A DNA stretch of 64,000 nucleotides, taken from Octopus bimaculoides. Lineage: Eukaryota. The position numbers and the translations under genes were made by a program. The stretch spans positions 186,706,865-186,770,864 of the forward strand of contig NC_068982.1 in the NCBI RefSeq assembly GCF_001194135.2, read 5' to 3'. The notes under the pieces are model-generated. The model made no database searches. It worked only from the letters and a program-made list of their open reading frames with translations, and was not told where the DNA came from. Shown here one piece after another: positions 48,744-60,540 of this stretch. Position 1 is the stretch's first letter. Each line of letters opens with the position of its first letter.

Positions 48744-49573
48744 TGTAGTGGCGCGTGTGGCCGCCATCTTGGGAAGTGCCATTGCGCATGTGCAAGGGAC
48801 TTGCCGTCAGCGGAAGTACCCGAGCACGCATGCGCAATGCAACAGGTGCAGAGAAAGAAATAGCGTTCGATCTCTTATCCATCCAGCGGTCGTTGTGACA
48901 GGACGTTCTTCCAAGCTGTCCCAACTCAACCACGACATGTGGTCGAAGCTTCTTTGGTATTCTAGCGGCATGCCTGTTCACCCAGGAATGAAAAGGCTCT
49001 ACACCAACCTAGAATAAATTATTGATCTGTTGTTACCGTTATCTCTCGTGTTGTTGTATTTCTGGATTCAATGATTAATATAAGAACTGGGGAGAGATGG
49101 CCGAGCCGTCATATCTCATCCAATTCTTATAACTGGTGACCCCCGACGTGATACGGAATCTCTCATACAACACATCCAATTCTTATAACTGGTGACCCCT
49201 AGTACGAACATGAAATTATCTCCCTAACAACTCGTCAAAAATGAAGAGACGACGTAAAAAAAAAACAACAACACAAGAGACGAGGGAATGGAACAACCCA
49301 CCCAACTGCAACAGTTTTCTTACCCCGGAGAAAAATACCATACAGCCTGGAAACTGAACCATCAACTACTATGACACAAGCCGCCGCTTATTTCTCTCAC
49401 CCACGTGTTTCTTTCAACACCAACTGAGGCCGAGAAAAGAACAAACGAGGGAACAGTGATTTCTCTTTTCGCCTGACTCCACATGGCTTGAAAAACAAAC
49501 AAAAAAAAAACAAACAACGTTGCTTCTATCTATTGTCTTACAGGACAACACACAATATCATCCAATTCTTATA
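48744..49573 (+). mobile_element. LTR retrotransposon remnant (probably Ty3/gypsy): LTR 48744-49131, tRNA-Trp PBS, no coding region
   Basis: Starts TGTAGT; AATAAA at 49013-18; PBS TGGTGACCCC(C)GACGTGAT at 49134-52 is complementary to the tRNA-Trp 3' end, with one extra C; candidate 4-bp TSD CTAT at 48740-43 and 49574-77. Confidence 0.75.
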
Positions 49574-49959
49574 CTATTTACTGCCTTTAAGGATCCTCTT
49601 AGGCTTTTAGTGCTTATTGAACCTATGCACCTTCCACAAACCAAATCTACTTTCTGTTAATCTTCCTGTGGTTCTACTGCACCTCTTATGTATCCATAGT
49701 TTACACTGAGTACAACTTGTTCAATTTCTGTATATTAAACAGGTCATTTTCCTGAAGAGATTAGTATCCTGTCTCTTTTCCTGCTAATTAAAACTTTGGT
49801 CTTTACTAATTTAACTTTAAGGCCTTTTGATTCCAGGTTTTACTTTTATACCTGGAATTTCACAGATATGCATGCATCCATCCAACCATCCAACCATCCA
49901 TCTATACACACACACATAATGTACAAACGTGCATTAGGCAGTGTTATCGGTTTTTACTG

Positions 49960-51724
49960 TCAACAAATTGTCTACTACAAAGGTAAAGGTGATACTTTAG
50001 ATAGAAATAATTACAGAGGTATCAAATTATTGGATCAGGTGATGAAAGTTATGAAGAGATTCATAGCCCAACTAATTAGGGAGAGAGTTAGTCTAAATGA
50101 GATGCAGTTTGGGTTTGTTCCAGGGAGAAGCACCATTGATGCTATATTTCTAGTAAGGCAACTGCAGGAGAAATACCTAGCCAAAGATAAACCTCTGTTT
50201 TTTTGCTTTTGTTGTTGTGGAGAAAGCCTTTGACAGGGTCTCCCGGTGCCTTATCTGGTGGTCAATGTGGAAACTAAGGATAGATGAGTGGTTGGTAAGA
50301 ACTGTATAAGCCCTGTACAGGGACAATACCAGTAAGGTGAGTGTGGGCAATGAGTATTGTGAAGAATTCCGAGTGGAGGTAGGGGTCCACCACAGATCAG
50401 TCCTCAGCCCCCTCTTATTCATTATAGTCCTCCAGGCAATAACAGAGGAATTCAAGACTGGCTGCCCCTGTTTCAGGTGTGGAAGCAAGGTCTAGAATTA
50501 AATGGCCTTAGAGTTAACCTAGCAAAGCCCAGTCTTAATAAGTAGGAAAGCAGACATATCACAAATCCCTTCAGGTAGATGGCCCTGCTCAATCTGGAGA
50601 AAAGGTGTAGGTAGAAACTCCATAAAATGCACCCAGTGTAAACTTTGGACACATAAAAGATGCAGTAACATCAAAGGAAGGTTAACAGGGAAATAAGCTA
50701 TTGTATGTGGAAGATGTACAGGTACAATCAATGCTGAAAATGTGCAGAAAATAGACTCCATCAACTGCCAGGGTGGCAAGCTAGAGGTAGTAGATAGCTG
50801 TGAGAATAAGATTAAGCTGGGCAAAGCTCAGAGAGCTCCTACCACTGCTGGCAACAAAGGTCTTCTCTCTTAGAGTGAAAGGCAGATTGTTTGATGCCTG
50901 TGTGCAAACAGCTATGCTGCATGGCAGTGAAACATGTGCTATGACAGCCGAGGGCATGTGTAGGCTTGAAAGAAATGAAGCCAGTATGCTTCGCTGGATG
51001 TGCAATGTCAGTTTGTATGTTCAACAGAGTGTAAGCATCTTGAGGGAAGAGTTAGACATAAGAGGAATCAGATGTGGTGTGTAAGAGAGATGACTGTGCT
51101 GGTATGGTCATGTGATGCATATGGATGAGGACAGCTGTGTAAAGAAGTGCCAATCTCTAACTGATGAGGGAACCTGTGGAAGAGGTAGACCTAGGAAGAC
51201 ATGGGATGAGATGGTGAAGCATGATCTTTGAACTTTGAGCCTTACTGAGGCAATGACTGGTGAGTGAGACCTTTGGCAATGTACTGTGCTTAAGAGGATC
51301 CGTCAAGCCAAGTGCATCTGTGCTGGTGGCACGTAAAGAACATCTTTTGGACGTTGGGCCTCGTAGAGGCGAAGTGGCCGAGTTCCTTTCAAGAGTTGAG
51401 CCTCACGGAGGTAAAACGGCTGAGTTCCTTTTGAGTGTTGGGCCTCATGGAGGCAATGACCAAGACCTTTGGCATTGAGCCATGCTGAAAAGAAGACCCT
51501 CAAGCCAAACAAAATTGCAGTTGTGACAGATACTGGTGTCATACAAAGTGGCACCCATGTTGGTGGCACGTAAACACACCCCAGTGTCAAGCAAATGACA
51601 CCCATGCCAGTGACATGTAAAAGCACTCATTACATTCTTGAAGTGGTTTGCATTTGAAAGGGCGTCCAGAGTGCCAGCCCAGTCAAACTGTCCAACCCAT
51701 GCCAGCAGGGACTACGGACGTTAA

Positions 51725-51750
<26 letters not shown>
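49960..51750 (+). mobile_element. 5'-truncated, frameshifted RTE (BovB-like) LINE with 3' UTR and (GAT)n tail
   Basis: RT motifs NYRGIKLLDQVMKV, QFGFVPGRSTIDAIFLVRQLQEKYL, GVHHRSVLSPLLF; C-terminal KGRLFDACVQTAMLHGSET; ends CCATGCCAGCA...GTTAAATGATGATG. Confidence 0.92.
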
Positions 51751-51756
<6 letters not shown>

Positions 51757-54069
51757 CATATCCTGTTTGTGTTAGACACACGTTAGTAAAAAGTTCTTAG
51801 TAGTACTGTAATAGAATACATTCTTTGTCACTTCGGTACTTCTGCACCAGTTAAAGAAGTATTTTCTGTAATAATGTGGTTGGAAGAGAAGAGCAATATG
51901 GCAGAAGATACAGTTAGGGACCTTCTGCTGATTAATATTCCTTATTTCTTTATTGCCAACAAGGGGCTAAACACAGAGGGGACAAACAAGGACAGACAAA
52001 GGGATTAAGTCAATTAGATTGACCCCTATGCGTAACTGGTACTTAATTTATCAACCCCGAAAGGATGAAAGGTAAAGTTGACCTCAGCAGAATTTGAACT
52101 CAGAACGTAACGGCAGACGAAATACCGCTAAGCATTTCGCCCGGCGTGCTAACGATTCCGCCAGCTCGCCGCTTTAATGATTAATATTCCATTAAGATTT
52201 TCAGAATTTTCTTGACAAAATCAAATATGACATTGAATTACTTTGAAAAATTTCAAATGAAAAATATGAAAGTATGGATGATAAAATAAAATATTACTTG
52301 ACAATAAAACGTGTTTAGTTTAATTTATCTTTAAACATTCTTGTTCTCCTTGACAATATTTTGCATGCTTGTACTGTCAAGTAAAGTGTACCTGTTTCGT
52401 ACATCTGTTTCTGTAATTGATAAAAAATCATACATTCGTATCAGATTCCATGTATCACTACAGCATTTGCCAGGAACTTCCTTCGGTTAAGAAAACATGC
52501 AGCTATCATCATCATCATCGTCATTTAACATCTGGTTTGACTAGAGCTGGCAAACCAGAGAGCTGCACCAGGCTCCAGTTGTATGTTTTGGCATGGTTTC
52601 TATGGCTAGATGCCCTTCCTAACACCAACCACTTTACAGAGTGTACTGAGTGTTTTATATGTGGCACCAGCACAGGTGCTTTTATGCATGACACCAGCAG
52701 TTATATTAATATATTTGCAATGAAATATCCTCCAGGCCCCTGACTACTGCACATAGGAGGCTTGCTCTCCCTCATTACATAACCTACATGTTATACCTCT
52801 TCAAACCCTGGTCGGTTTTAAAGCTGAAAATAATGGTAAGCCTAATCAGTAGTAGATGAGGTTATTCTGGGAGCTTCTTAGCCAGAATAAGACCCATTGA
52901 TGAGCCACCTTAATGATAAATCTTCATCAACTCTTGGATACTGTTGTCTTTAGGCCTAGAACCCTTAGGGCTGGTTACTTGGTTTCCTGGGCATACAAGT
53001 GACTGAAGCCACAACATTAACCCCTGGACAGGATGCCAGTTTGTTGCATGGTTACTCATTTACAACTGGAGTGAACATGAAGTGTTTTACTCAAGCACAC
53101 TATTCACTGCCTGGTCTGAGAATTGAAACCGTGATTGCAAGATCATGGGTGCAACACCATAGCCACTCAGCCCACATGCCTTCAATTTATAACCATAAAA
53201 GTGAGATTCTGTCTGTCTGGGACCCCTGTATCTCAGTCAACATTTGTTCTATATTGATATATTATACCTTTTTGGAATCAGGATGATCCTAGGATTGAAA
53301 ATCTGCCCTTCATTTGGTTCTTGAACATCCAGCATTGGGATCTGATTTAAAAGGATTTGGGTTGCTGTTTCTTGCAGGTAAAGTTTGGCTGATTCATGCC
53401 ATCTTGGTTGGTGTTTGTCAGATGATGTCAGAAATCAAGAGGGAGATAAATGACATTCGCTTCGTTAATTTTACATCAAGATAAGAACTTTGGGACAAAT
53501 TGGCCAACAGCTGGGATCCAACTTGGGACCAGAACAAAAGAATGATTGAATTACAGAATTAATTCTCATCCATCCTTAACCTCTGATCAAACATCACCAG
53601 GGCAAATAGTCGTTATAGATGTATTATAGTCATGCTATTTAGCTCTCTTTAGTTTTGGGCCACAGACGCAATTTGCCTTCTACATAGGAGGGCTAATTAT
53701 AGATGATATTCTTTTATTCATTTCAGTCATTTGACTGTGGCCATGCTAGAGCACTGCCTTTAGTCGAACTAATCGACACCAGAACTTATTCTTTGTACGC
53801 CTGGTACTTATTCTATCAGTCTCTTTTGCCAAGCCGCTATGTTACGGGGACATAAACACACCAACATCGGCTATCAAGCGATGGTGGGGTGACAAACACA
53901 GACACACAAATACATACATATACATATATCCACTCACAAGACTTTGGTCGGTCTGAGGCTATAGTAGAAGACACTTGCCCAAGATGCCATGCAGTGGGAC
54001 TGAACCAGGAACCATGTGGTTGCGAAGCAAGCTTCTTACCACACAGCCACTCCTGTGCCTCTAGTTACA

Positions 54070-54410
54070 TTATTTTCTTGAATGATGATCTCAATGGGCA
54101 TGTTGGATAGCACTACAGTGGCTGCTGCAGAATACATGGTGGCTATGGTTATGATTGTGGGAATGAATTGGAATCAAGTCTCATAGAGTTCTGTGATGTA
54201 AATGAACTAACAGTCAACAACTGCAACACAAACCTAAAGAAAGCAGTCGGCCATTAAATTCCCCTTTCAAACAGAGCCACAAAGATTTCATTCTCACCAG
54301 GAAATGGTATGAGTAGAAGGCTGTAAATATTACCTCTTTCCCCAGTGAAGAATATACCCCTCAACATTAGTTATTGGGGAATGGCTTCAGAATAAGAATT
54401 AAACAGATTG
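54070..54410 (+). mobile_element. RTE apurinic-endonuclease domain remnant
   Basis: DLNGHVG ... IHGGYGY ... LIEFCDVNEL ... DFILTRK motifs, interrupted by stops and frameshifts. Confidence 0.75.
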
Positions 54411-55305
54411 AAATGCAAAAGAAATTCTAGAGAAGGAGAGTGTGGTAAGTGAGACATCCTAACATTCTCCTAATAAATACATCATCATCATCATCATTGT
54501 TGCCGTTTAATGTCCGCTTTCCATGCTGGCATGAGTTGGACGGTCTGACTGAGGGCTGGCAAACCAGAAGACTGCACCAGGCTCTGATCCGATCTGGCAG
54601 CGTTTCCACAGCTGGGTGCCCTACCACACTCTCCTTCTCTAGAATACATGTTTTTGATTATTCTCAATTTTTTTTTAATATGTGCATCAGGAGAAGATGG
54701 AGGTAGATAACCTAGGGCCACAGAGGACAACAAGGAGTTTTTACAATACAACCTGCTGAAAGCCAGAGACCATTGTCATGGCTGGAGCAAGATATCAGTG
54801 AAACATAAGATAACATGATGGTGCTACAGGACTTTCGGCTGAGCAATATGAGTTAAAATACAACCATGAAAAGAGAGAAGAAATCGTTTAATGTTCGTGT
54901 TCCATGTTGGTATGGGCTGGACAGTTCCACAGGATTCAGCAAGCCACAGGACAGTGTCAGCTTTGACATGGTTTCTGTGGCTGGATGCCCTTCCTGTGGT
55001 TTGGGTACTTTTTATATAGCTCCAGCAGCAGTGAAGTCACTAAGAAGCATGCAAGAGAGGAAAGGAACAAGAAAATTGGATAACAAAAGATTCTATGAAG
55101 TAACTGAGAGAGAAGCTACATGAGAAGGCACAGGCATGGCTGTGTGGTAAGAAGCTTCTTTCTCAAGTTCGGTCCCACTCTGTGACACCTTTGGCAAGCG
55201 ACTTCTACTATAGTCTTGAGCTGACCAAAGTCTTGTGAGGGGGTTTGGTAGATGGAAACTAAAAGAAACCCATTGTGTGTATGTATGTATATATAGAGAG
55301 ACCAA

Positions 55306-55700
55306 AGCGCAGGAGTGGTTGTGTTGTAAGTAGCTTGCTTACCAACCACATGGTTCCGAGTTCAGTCCCACTGCGTGGCACCTTGGACAAGTGTCTTCTA
55401 CTATAGCCTCGGGCCGACCAAAGCCTTGTGAGTGGATTTGGTAGGCGGAAACTGAAAGAAGCCTGTCGTATATATGTATACATATATATGTATGTGTGTG
55501 TTTGTGTGTCTATGTTTGTCCCCTCAACATCGCTTGACAACCGATGGTGGTGTGTTTACATCCTCGTAACCTAGCAGTTCGGCAAAAAGAGACCGATAGA
55601 ATAAGTACTAGGCTTCCAAAGAATAAGACCTGGGGTCGATTTGCTCAACTAAAGGCAGTGCTCCAGCATGGCTGCAGTCAAATGACTGAAACAAGTAAAA
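55306..55700 (+). mobile_element. tRNA-derived SINE family B (internal AT/GT microsatellite). Other copies at about 11755-11900, 18130-18270, 28420-28580, 39455-39660, 41085-41650, 53700-54055, 55130-55275, 62630-62830
   Basis: GGTTCCGAGTTCAGTCCCAC (B-box-like), CCTTGGACAAGTGTCTTCTACTATAGCC core, tail GCAGTCAAATGACTGAAACAAGTAAAA; multicopy in the window. Confidence 0.88.
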
Positions 55701-55718
55701 AAGTATACCACAATATGT

Positions 55719-56199
55719 ATATAAAAAGGAAATCAAAAAATAGGACAAGAACACAAAACATCCAGACAGCTAGATGATACAAAAAAGGGACAACAAAACA
55801 TCCAGACAGAGGATACAAAAAACGGACAAGAAAAAACAAGGACGGGTCATTCAAAGTTTTCTTTCCTCAGTCAAGTTCCAGATTATCTTTGCAATTCCGT
55901 TTTTTTTCTGTCCTTGTTTTTGTATACATTCGCTACTTTCTTCCAAAGAATCTAATGCTCTTAGCTTAGTTTTTTCCTTGGGGCTGGCCAGATTGGAGCA
56001 ATCTCGAGTATAACCAGCCAAAATTGCGAAGATAATCTGGAACTCGACTGAGGAAAGAAAACTTTGAATGACCCGTCTGTGATTTTTCTTCTCCCTTTTT
56101 TGTATCACCTGTCTGGATGTTTTGTTGTCCCTTTTTTGTATCATCTAGCTGTCTGGATGTTTTGTGTTCTTGTCCCATTTTTTGTATTCCTTTTTATAT
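55719..56199. mobile_element. MITE with about 178-bp subrepeated TIRs
   Basis: 55719-55896 is inverted at 56022-56199; internal ACAAAACATCCAGACAG subrepeats; sits in a TA tract. Confidence 0.8.
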
Positions 56200-56686
56200 G
56201 TATATATATATATATAAAATGAGTGTGTGTGTGTGTCTGTCTGTTTATCTGTTTGACAACCAGTGTTGGTGTGTTTACATCCCTGTAACTTAGCAGTTTG
56301 GCAGTAAAAGAGACCAATAGAACAAGTACCAGGCTTACAACAGAAGTACTGGGGTTGATTCAGTTGACTAAAAATTCTTTGAGGCAATGCTCTAGCATAG
56401 CCAAAGTCTAATGACTGAAACAAGTAAAAGATAAAAGATAACTCAAAGAGAAATCAAAAGCAGAAGATTTACCACTTCTCTGCAACAGAAGATCAGAAAC
56501 ATGAAGTATTCTGGATTGCAACGCAGAATGTTAGTGTAGATGAAGACCTGTTTAGGGAGCAATGAGAAAAATGAAGGTTGGAAACGTTATCACAAGAGGT
56601 TATTGATTGTGGAAAATGTATGGGTGGAAGAACTGTCCCAAACATAGGGAGCTATTGGAAGAACTGTCCCAAGCACTGGGGAACTA

Positions 56687-57203
56687 TTGGGTTAGTGCAT
56701 AATTATTCAACAAAAACAATAACAACATGTAACAAAAACATCTTTAAATGATTATTCTGGGGTATATTCACCATCTACACTTTAATTACTGCTTCTCATT
56801 TGCTTGGCAGATGGTCAGACCATCATTTAATGATGTTTTTGTTAAATATTGTTATTGTATTTCTTGAATAAAATTTGCTGAAAAAAAGTCGCAATACTTA
56901 TGCACCAACCCAATATATAAAATACATTGGTCAAATAGTACATCACCATTTTATATTGGGTTGGTGCATAATTATTGCTGCTTTTTTCAACAAATTTTAT
57001 TCAGCAAAAACAATAACATATAACAAAAACATCTTTAAATGATTATTCCGGAGCATATTCACCGTCTACTTCAATTACTGCTTCCCATTTGCTTGGCAGA
57101 CGGTCAGACTGTCATTTAAAGGTGTTTTTGTTAAATATTGTTCTTATTTTTGTTGAATAAAATTTGCTGAAAAACAGCTGCAATAATTATGTACCAACCC
57201 AAT
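56687..57203. mobile_element. Two adjacent copies of a mariner-type MITE (about 56687-56913 and 56953-57203)
   Basis: TATTGGGTTGGTGCATAA-type TIRs (resembling Hsmar1/MADE1 ends); homologous internal sequence in the same orientation. Confidence 0.8.
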
Positions 57204-57479
57204 AGTTATTGAAATGGACAGTGGTATCACCAAAATGCCATTAAAGGTATGAAATTGAGAAAAGCAACATCTCTATCAAGTATAGCTGTTGAAATGCTGA
57301 AAATATCTAGCAAAGGTGCAAAATATCCACCCTGTTCAATCCTCTATCTCACTTCACTTATATTCACCTTCCTTTAACACATCTCTCTTTTACAACTGAG
57401 TTAATGGTGTGTCTCCCCTACAGCAAGACACTTATTCCTGTTCATTTATCATACTTTAACTTCTCATCACCAGGTAAAA

Positions 57480-58105
57480 AGCAACTTCCCTCAATACTGC
57501 TCACCATTCAGTTGAGGAGCCTTGTCTTGCAAGTTCACTCTCTTCATGCTATTAGACTCAGAAAGTTTTGTGAGGATTCCATTGGACCCAATTTGCTGAC
57601 TTTTCCAATGGCACACAAGTGTTGATGAATGGTTGAATGACCAAATCCAAGCTTTTCTGCCAATTCCTCAATAGTTACGATGAGATTTTGTTCCGCCAGG
57701 GTTTGCAGGACATCCTTGTCAAGCTCCACAGATCTTCCAGGATGAGGCTAGTTTTCTAGGCTGTATTTTCCAGCTCTAAATTTCTGGAACCACTGTTGAC
57801 ACTCGCTTACCCTTATCGTCCGATCCCCATAAACTGCATTAATATTCCTCGCACTTTCCATTGCGTTATTGACTTTATTGAACTCATGAAGCAAAATATG
57901 CTGAATACGCTCCTTTGTCATTTCCATTATAACTATGAAAAAATAACTGTTAAAATCGAATTACACTCTTCAAAACCTGCACTAAGTAAAAGGTAAAATT
58001 ACTACCTGTTTTTATAGCATGTTGATGCAGGTAATTTATCCCGTCCTCTTCTGACTTTTAGTTCAAGCAATTGAAAAAACCGCATTATTTATGGGACGAC
58101 CTAAT
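57480..58105 (-). mobile_element. Decayed mariner transposon 5' part
   Basis: Minus-strand remnant QNLIVTIEELAEKLGFGHSTIHQHLCAIGKVSKLG is a mariner HTH region; terminal TIR-like ...GGGACGACCTAATA near 58100. Confidence 0.75.
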
Positions 58106-58711
58106 ATTTTACCTCCCACATATTCTACTGAAAATTACAAGCTTCAATCATGATGAAAGACAAACAGCATTTACCCATTAGAGGATATTTATGAGGCTTC
58201 TTTTCATGTGTGTGTACATATCATCGCCATTGTTTTAATGTCTGCTTTTCCCTAATGTTAAAGGCGGCGAGCTGGCAGAATCGTTAGCATGCCGGGCGAA
58301 ATGCTTAGCGGTATTTATCTGTCTTTACGTTCTGAGTTCAAATTCTGCTGAGGTCGATTTTGCCTTTCATCCTTTCAGGGTCAATGAATTAAGTACCAGT
58401 TGCATACTGGGGTCAGTCTAATCAACTGGCCCCCTCTCCCCAAATTTCAGGCCTTGTGCCTAGGGTAGAAAAGAATGTCTATTTTTCCCTGCTTGCATGA
58501 AATACATTAAGTTTATTGAGAGAGATTTTCTACTGTTGGATGACCATGCTGTCACCCACATTCACCTCTTTCTAGGCAAGGTAATATTTCCCCATAGCCA
58601 GACATGTTTTTGTAGAACATTGGAAATGAAAAACAATAGTTGTATGACACTCATATACTCATTTACAACTATCACATGATGTCAAAACAAGGAAATACAA
58701 ACACACACACG

Positions 58712-58742
<31 letters not shown>

Positions 58743-58959
58743 TCATTCACACACTCACACACACATGCACTCATTCACACATGTGTTTGTATGTATGTGT
58801 GTACATACACATACATACATTCATTACAAATACAATCTGTTAGAAGAACAGTAAAAAGATGCAAGACTTTTCTCAATTTCAGAATGTGAGATTGTTTTTG
58901 TTCTCCACATTACAAGGATGTAGTTTTGTATCTTTGTTAAATACCAGCTTCTTCCAGTG

Positions 58960-60540
58960 GAAGAAACATGAGGGAGTCATACCCAATGACTGGTGTAGCC
59001 CAACTAATTAGGAAGAGAGTTAGTCTAGATGAGATACAGTTTGGTTTTGTGCCTGGGAAAAGTACCACTGATGCTATATTCCTGGCAGGAGAAGTACCTA
59101 GCCAAAGGTTAACATTTGTACATGGCTTTTGTTGTCATGGAAAAAACCTTTGACAAAGTCCCCTGATCCCTTCTCTGGTGATCAATGCAGAAACTAGGGA
59201 CAGATGAGTGGTTAGTGAGACCCATACAAGCCATGTCCAGGGATGTTGTCAGTAAAGTTAGGGTTGGCAATGAGTATAGCAATGAATTCAGTGTACAAGT
59301 AGGAGTTCACCAAGGATCAGTTCTCAGCCCCCTCCTGTTCATCATAGTCCTCCAGGCAATAACAGGAATTTCGGTCGGGCTACCCCTGGGAGCTCCTCTA
59401 TGCTGATGATCTTGTTCTTATAGCTGAATCACTACCAGAACCAGTGAAGAAATTTCAGGTGCAGAAGCAAGGTCTGGTATCAAAAGGTCTTAGAGTTAGT
59501 TTAGCAAAGACCAAAGTCTTAGTAAGTAGGAAAGCAGACAAATCCCAAATCCCTTTGGGGAGATGACCCTGCTCAGTATGTAGAAAAGACGTAGGTAGAA
59601 ACTCAATTAGGTGTACCCAGTGAAAGCTATAGATGCATAAGTGGTGCAGCAATATCAGAGGAAGGTTAACGGATAAGATAGTCTTTGTTTATGGAAGATG
59701 TACAGGTACAATAAACACAAGAATGTACAGAAAAATAGAGTTCCTCAATTGTCTGGGAAGATACTTAGAAGTAGTTAATAGCTTCCGTTACCTAAGTGAG
59801 CAAGTCAACAGTGGAGGGGAATGCTCCAAGAGTGTAGCTGCGAGAATAAGAATAAGCTGGACAAAGTTCAGAGATCTTCTACCTTTATTGGTAACAGAGG
59901 TCCTCTCCCTTGGAGTGAAAGGCAGATTGTATGATGCCTGTGTATGAACAGCTATGCTGCATGGCAGTGAAACGTGGTCTGTGACTGCAGAAAACATGCG
60001 TAAGCTTGAAAGAAATGAAGCTAGTATGCATAAAATTGGGCATAAGAAGCATCAGATGTGTGCAAGAGAGAAGACTGCACTGGTAAGATCATGTGATGCA
60101 TATGGATGCGGACATGAGGACAGCTGTGTCAAAAAAGTGCTGGTCCCTAACTGTGGAAGAGGTAGACTTAGGAAGACGTGAGATGAGGTGGTAAAGCATG
60201 ATCTCAGGTTGTCGGGTTTCACAGAGGCAATGACAAATGATCGAAACCTTTTCCGATTTGCTGTGCTTGAAAAGACTCATCAGACCAAGTGAAATCGCAG
60301 TCATGGACAGTGGTAGTGACATGTAAAAAGGTACCCGTGAAGGTAACACATGAATGGTACCTGTGCTGGTGACACATAAGAGGAACCCACTACACTCTTG
60401 GTGTGGTTGGTGTTAGGAAGGGCATCCAACTGTTGAAACCAAGCCCAGATTGGAGCCTGGTTCAGCTCCTTGGCTTGCCTGTTCAAGTCAAGCCATCTTA
60501 TCCCACCAACATGGAAAACAGGCGTTAAATGATGATGAGG
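58960..60540 (+). mobile_element. Second decayed RTE LINE fragment
   Basis: QFGFVPGKSTTDAIF, GVHQGSVLSPLLFIIVLQAIT, YADDLVL motif near 59400, KGRLYDACV; same 3' tail. Confidence 0.9.

Noticed and set aside
52750-53560. Possible plus-strand exons (donor ATG|GTAAGC near 52836; acceptor TTCTTGCAG near 53378)
   Set aside because: Stops interrupt the protein-like frames, phase does not join with the 46-kb candidate exon, and there is no recognisable homology.
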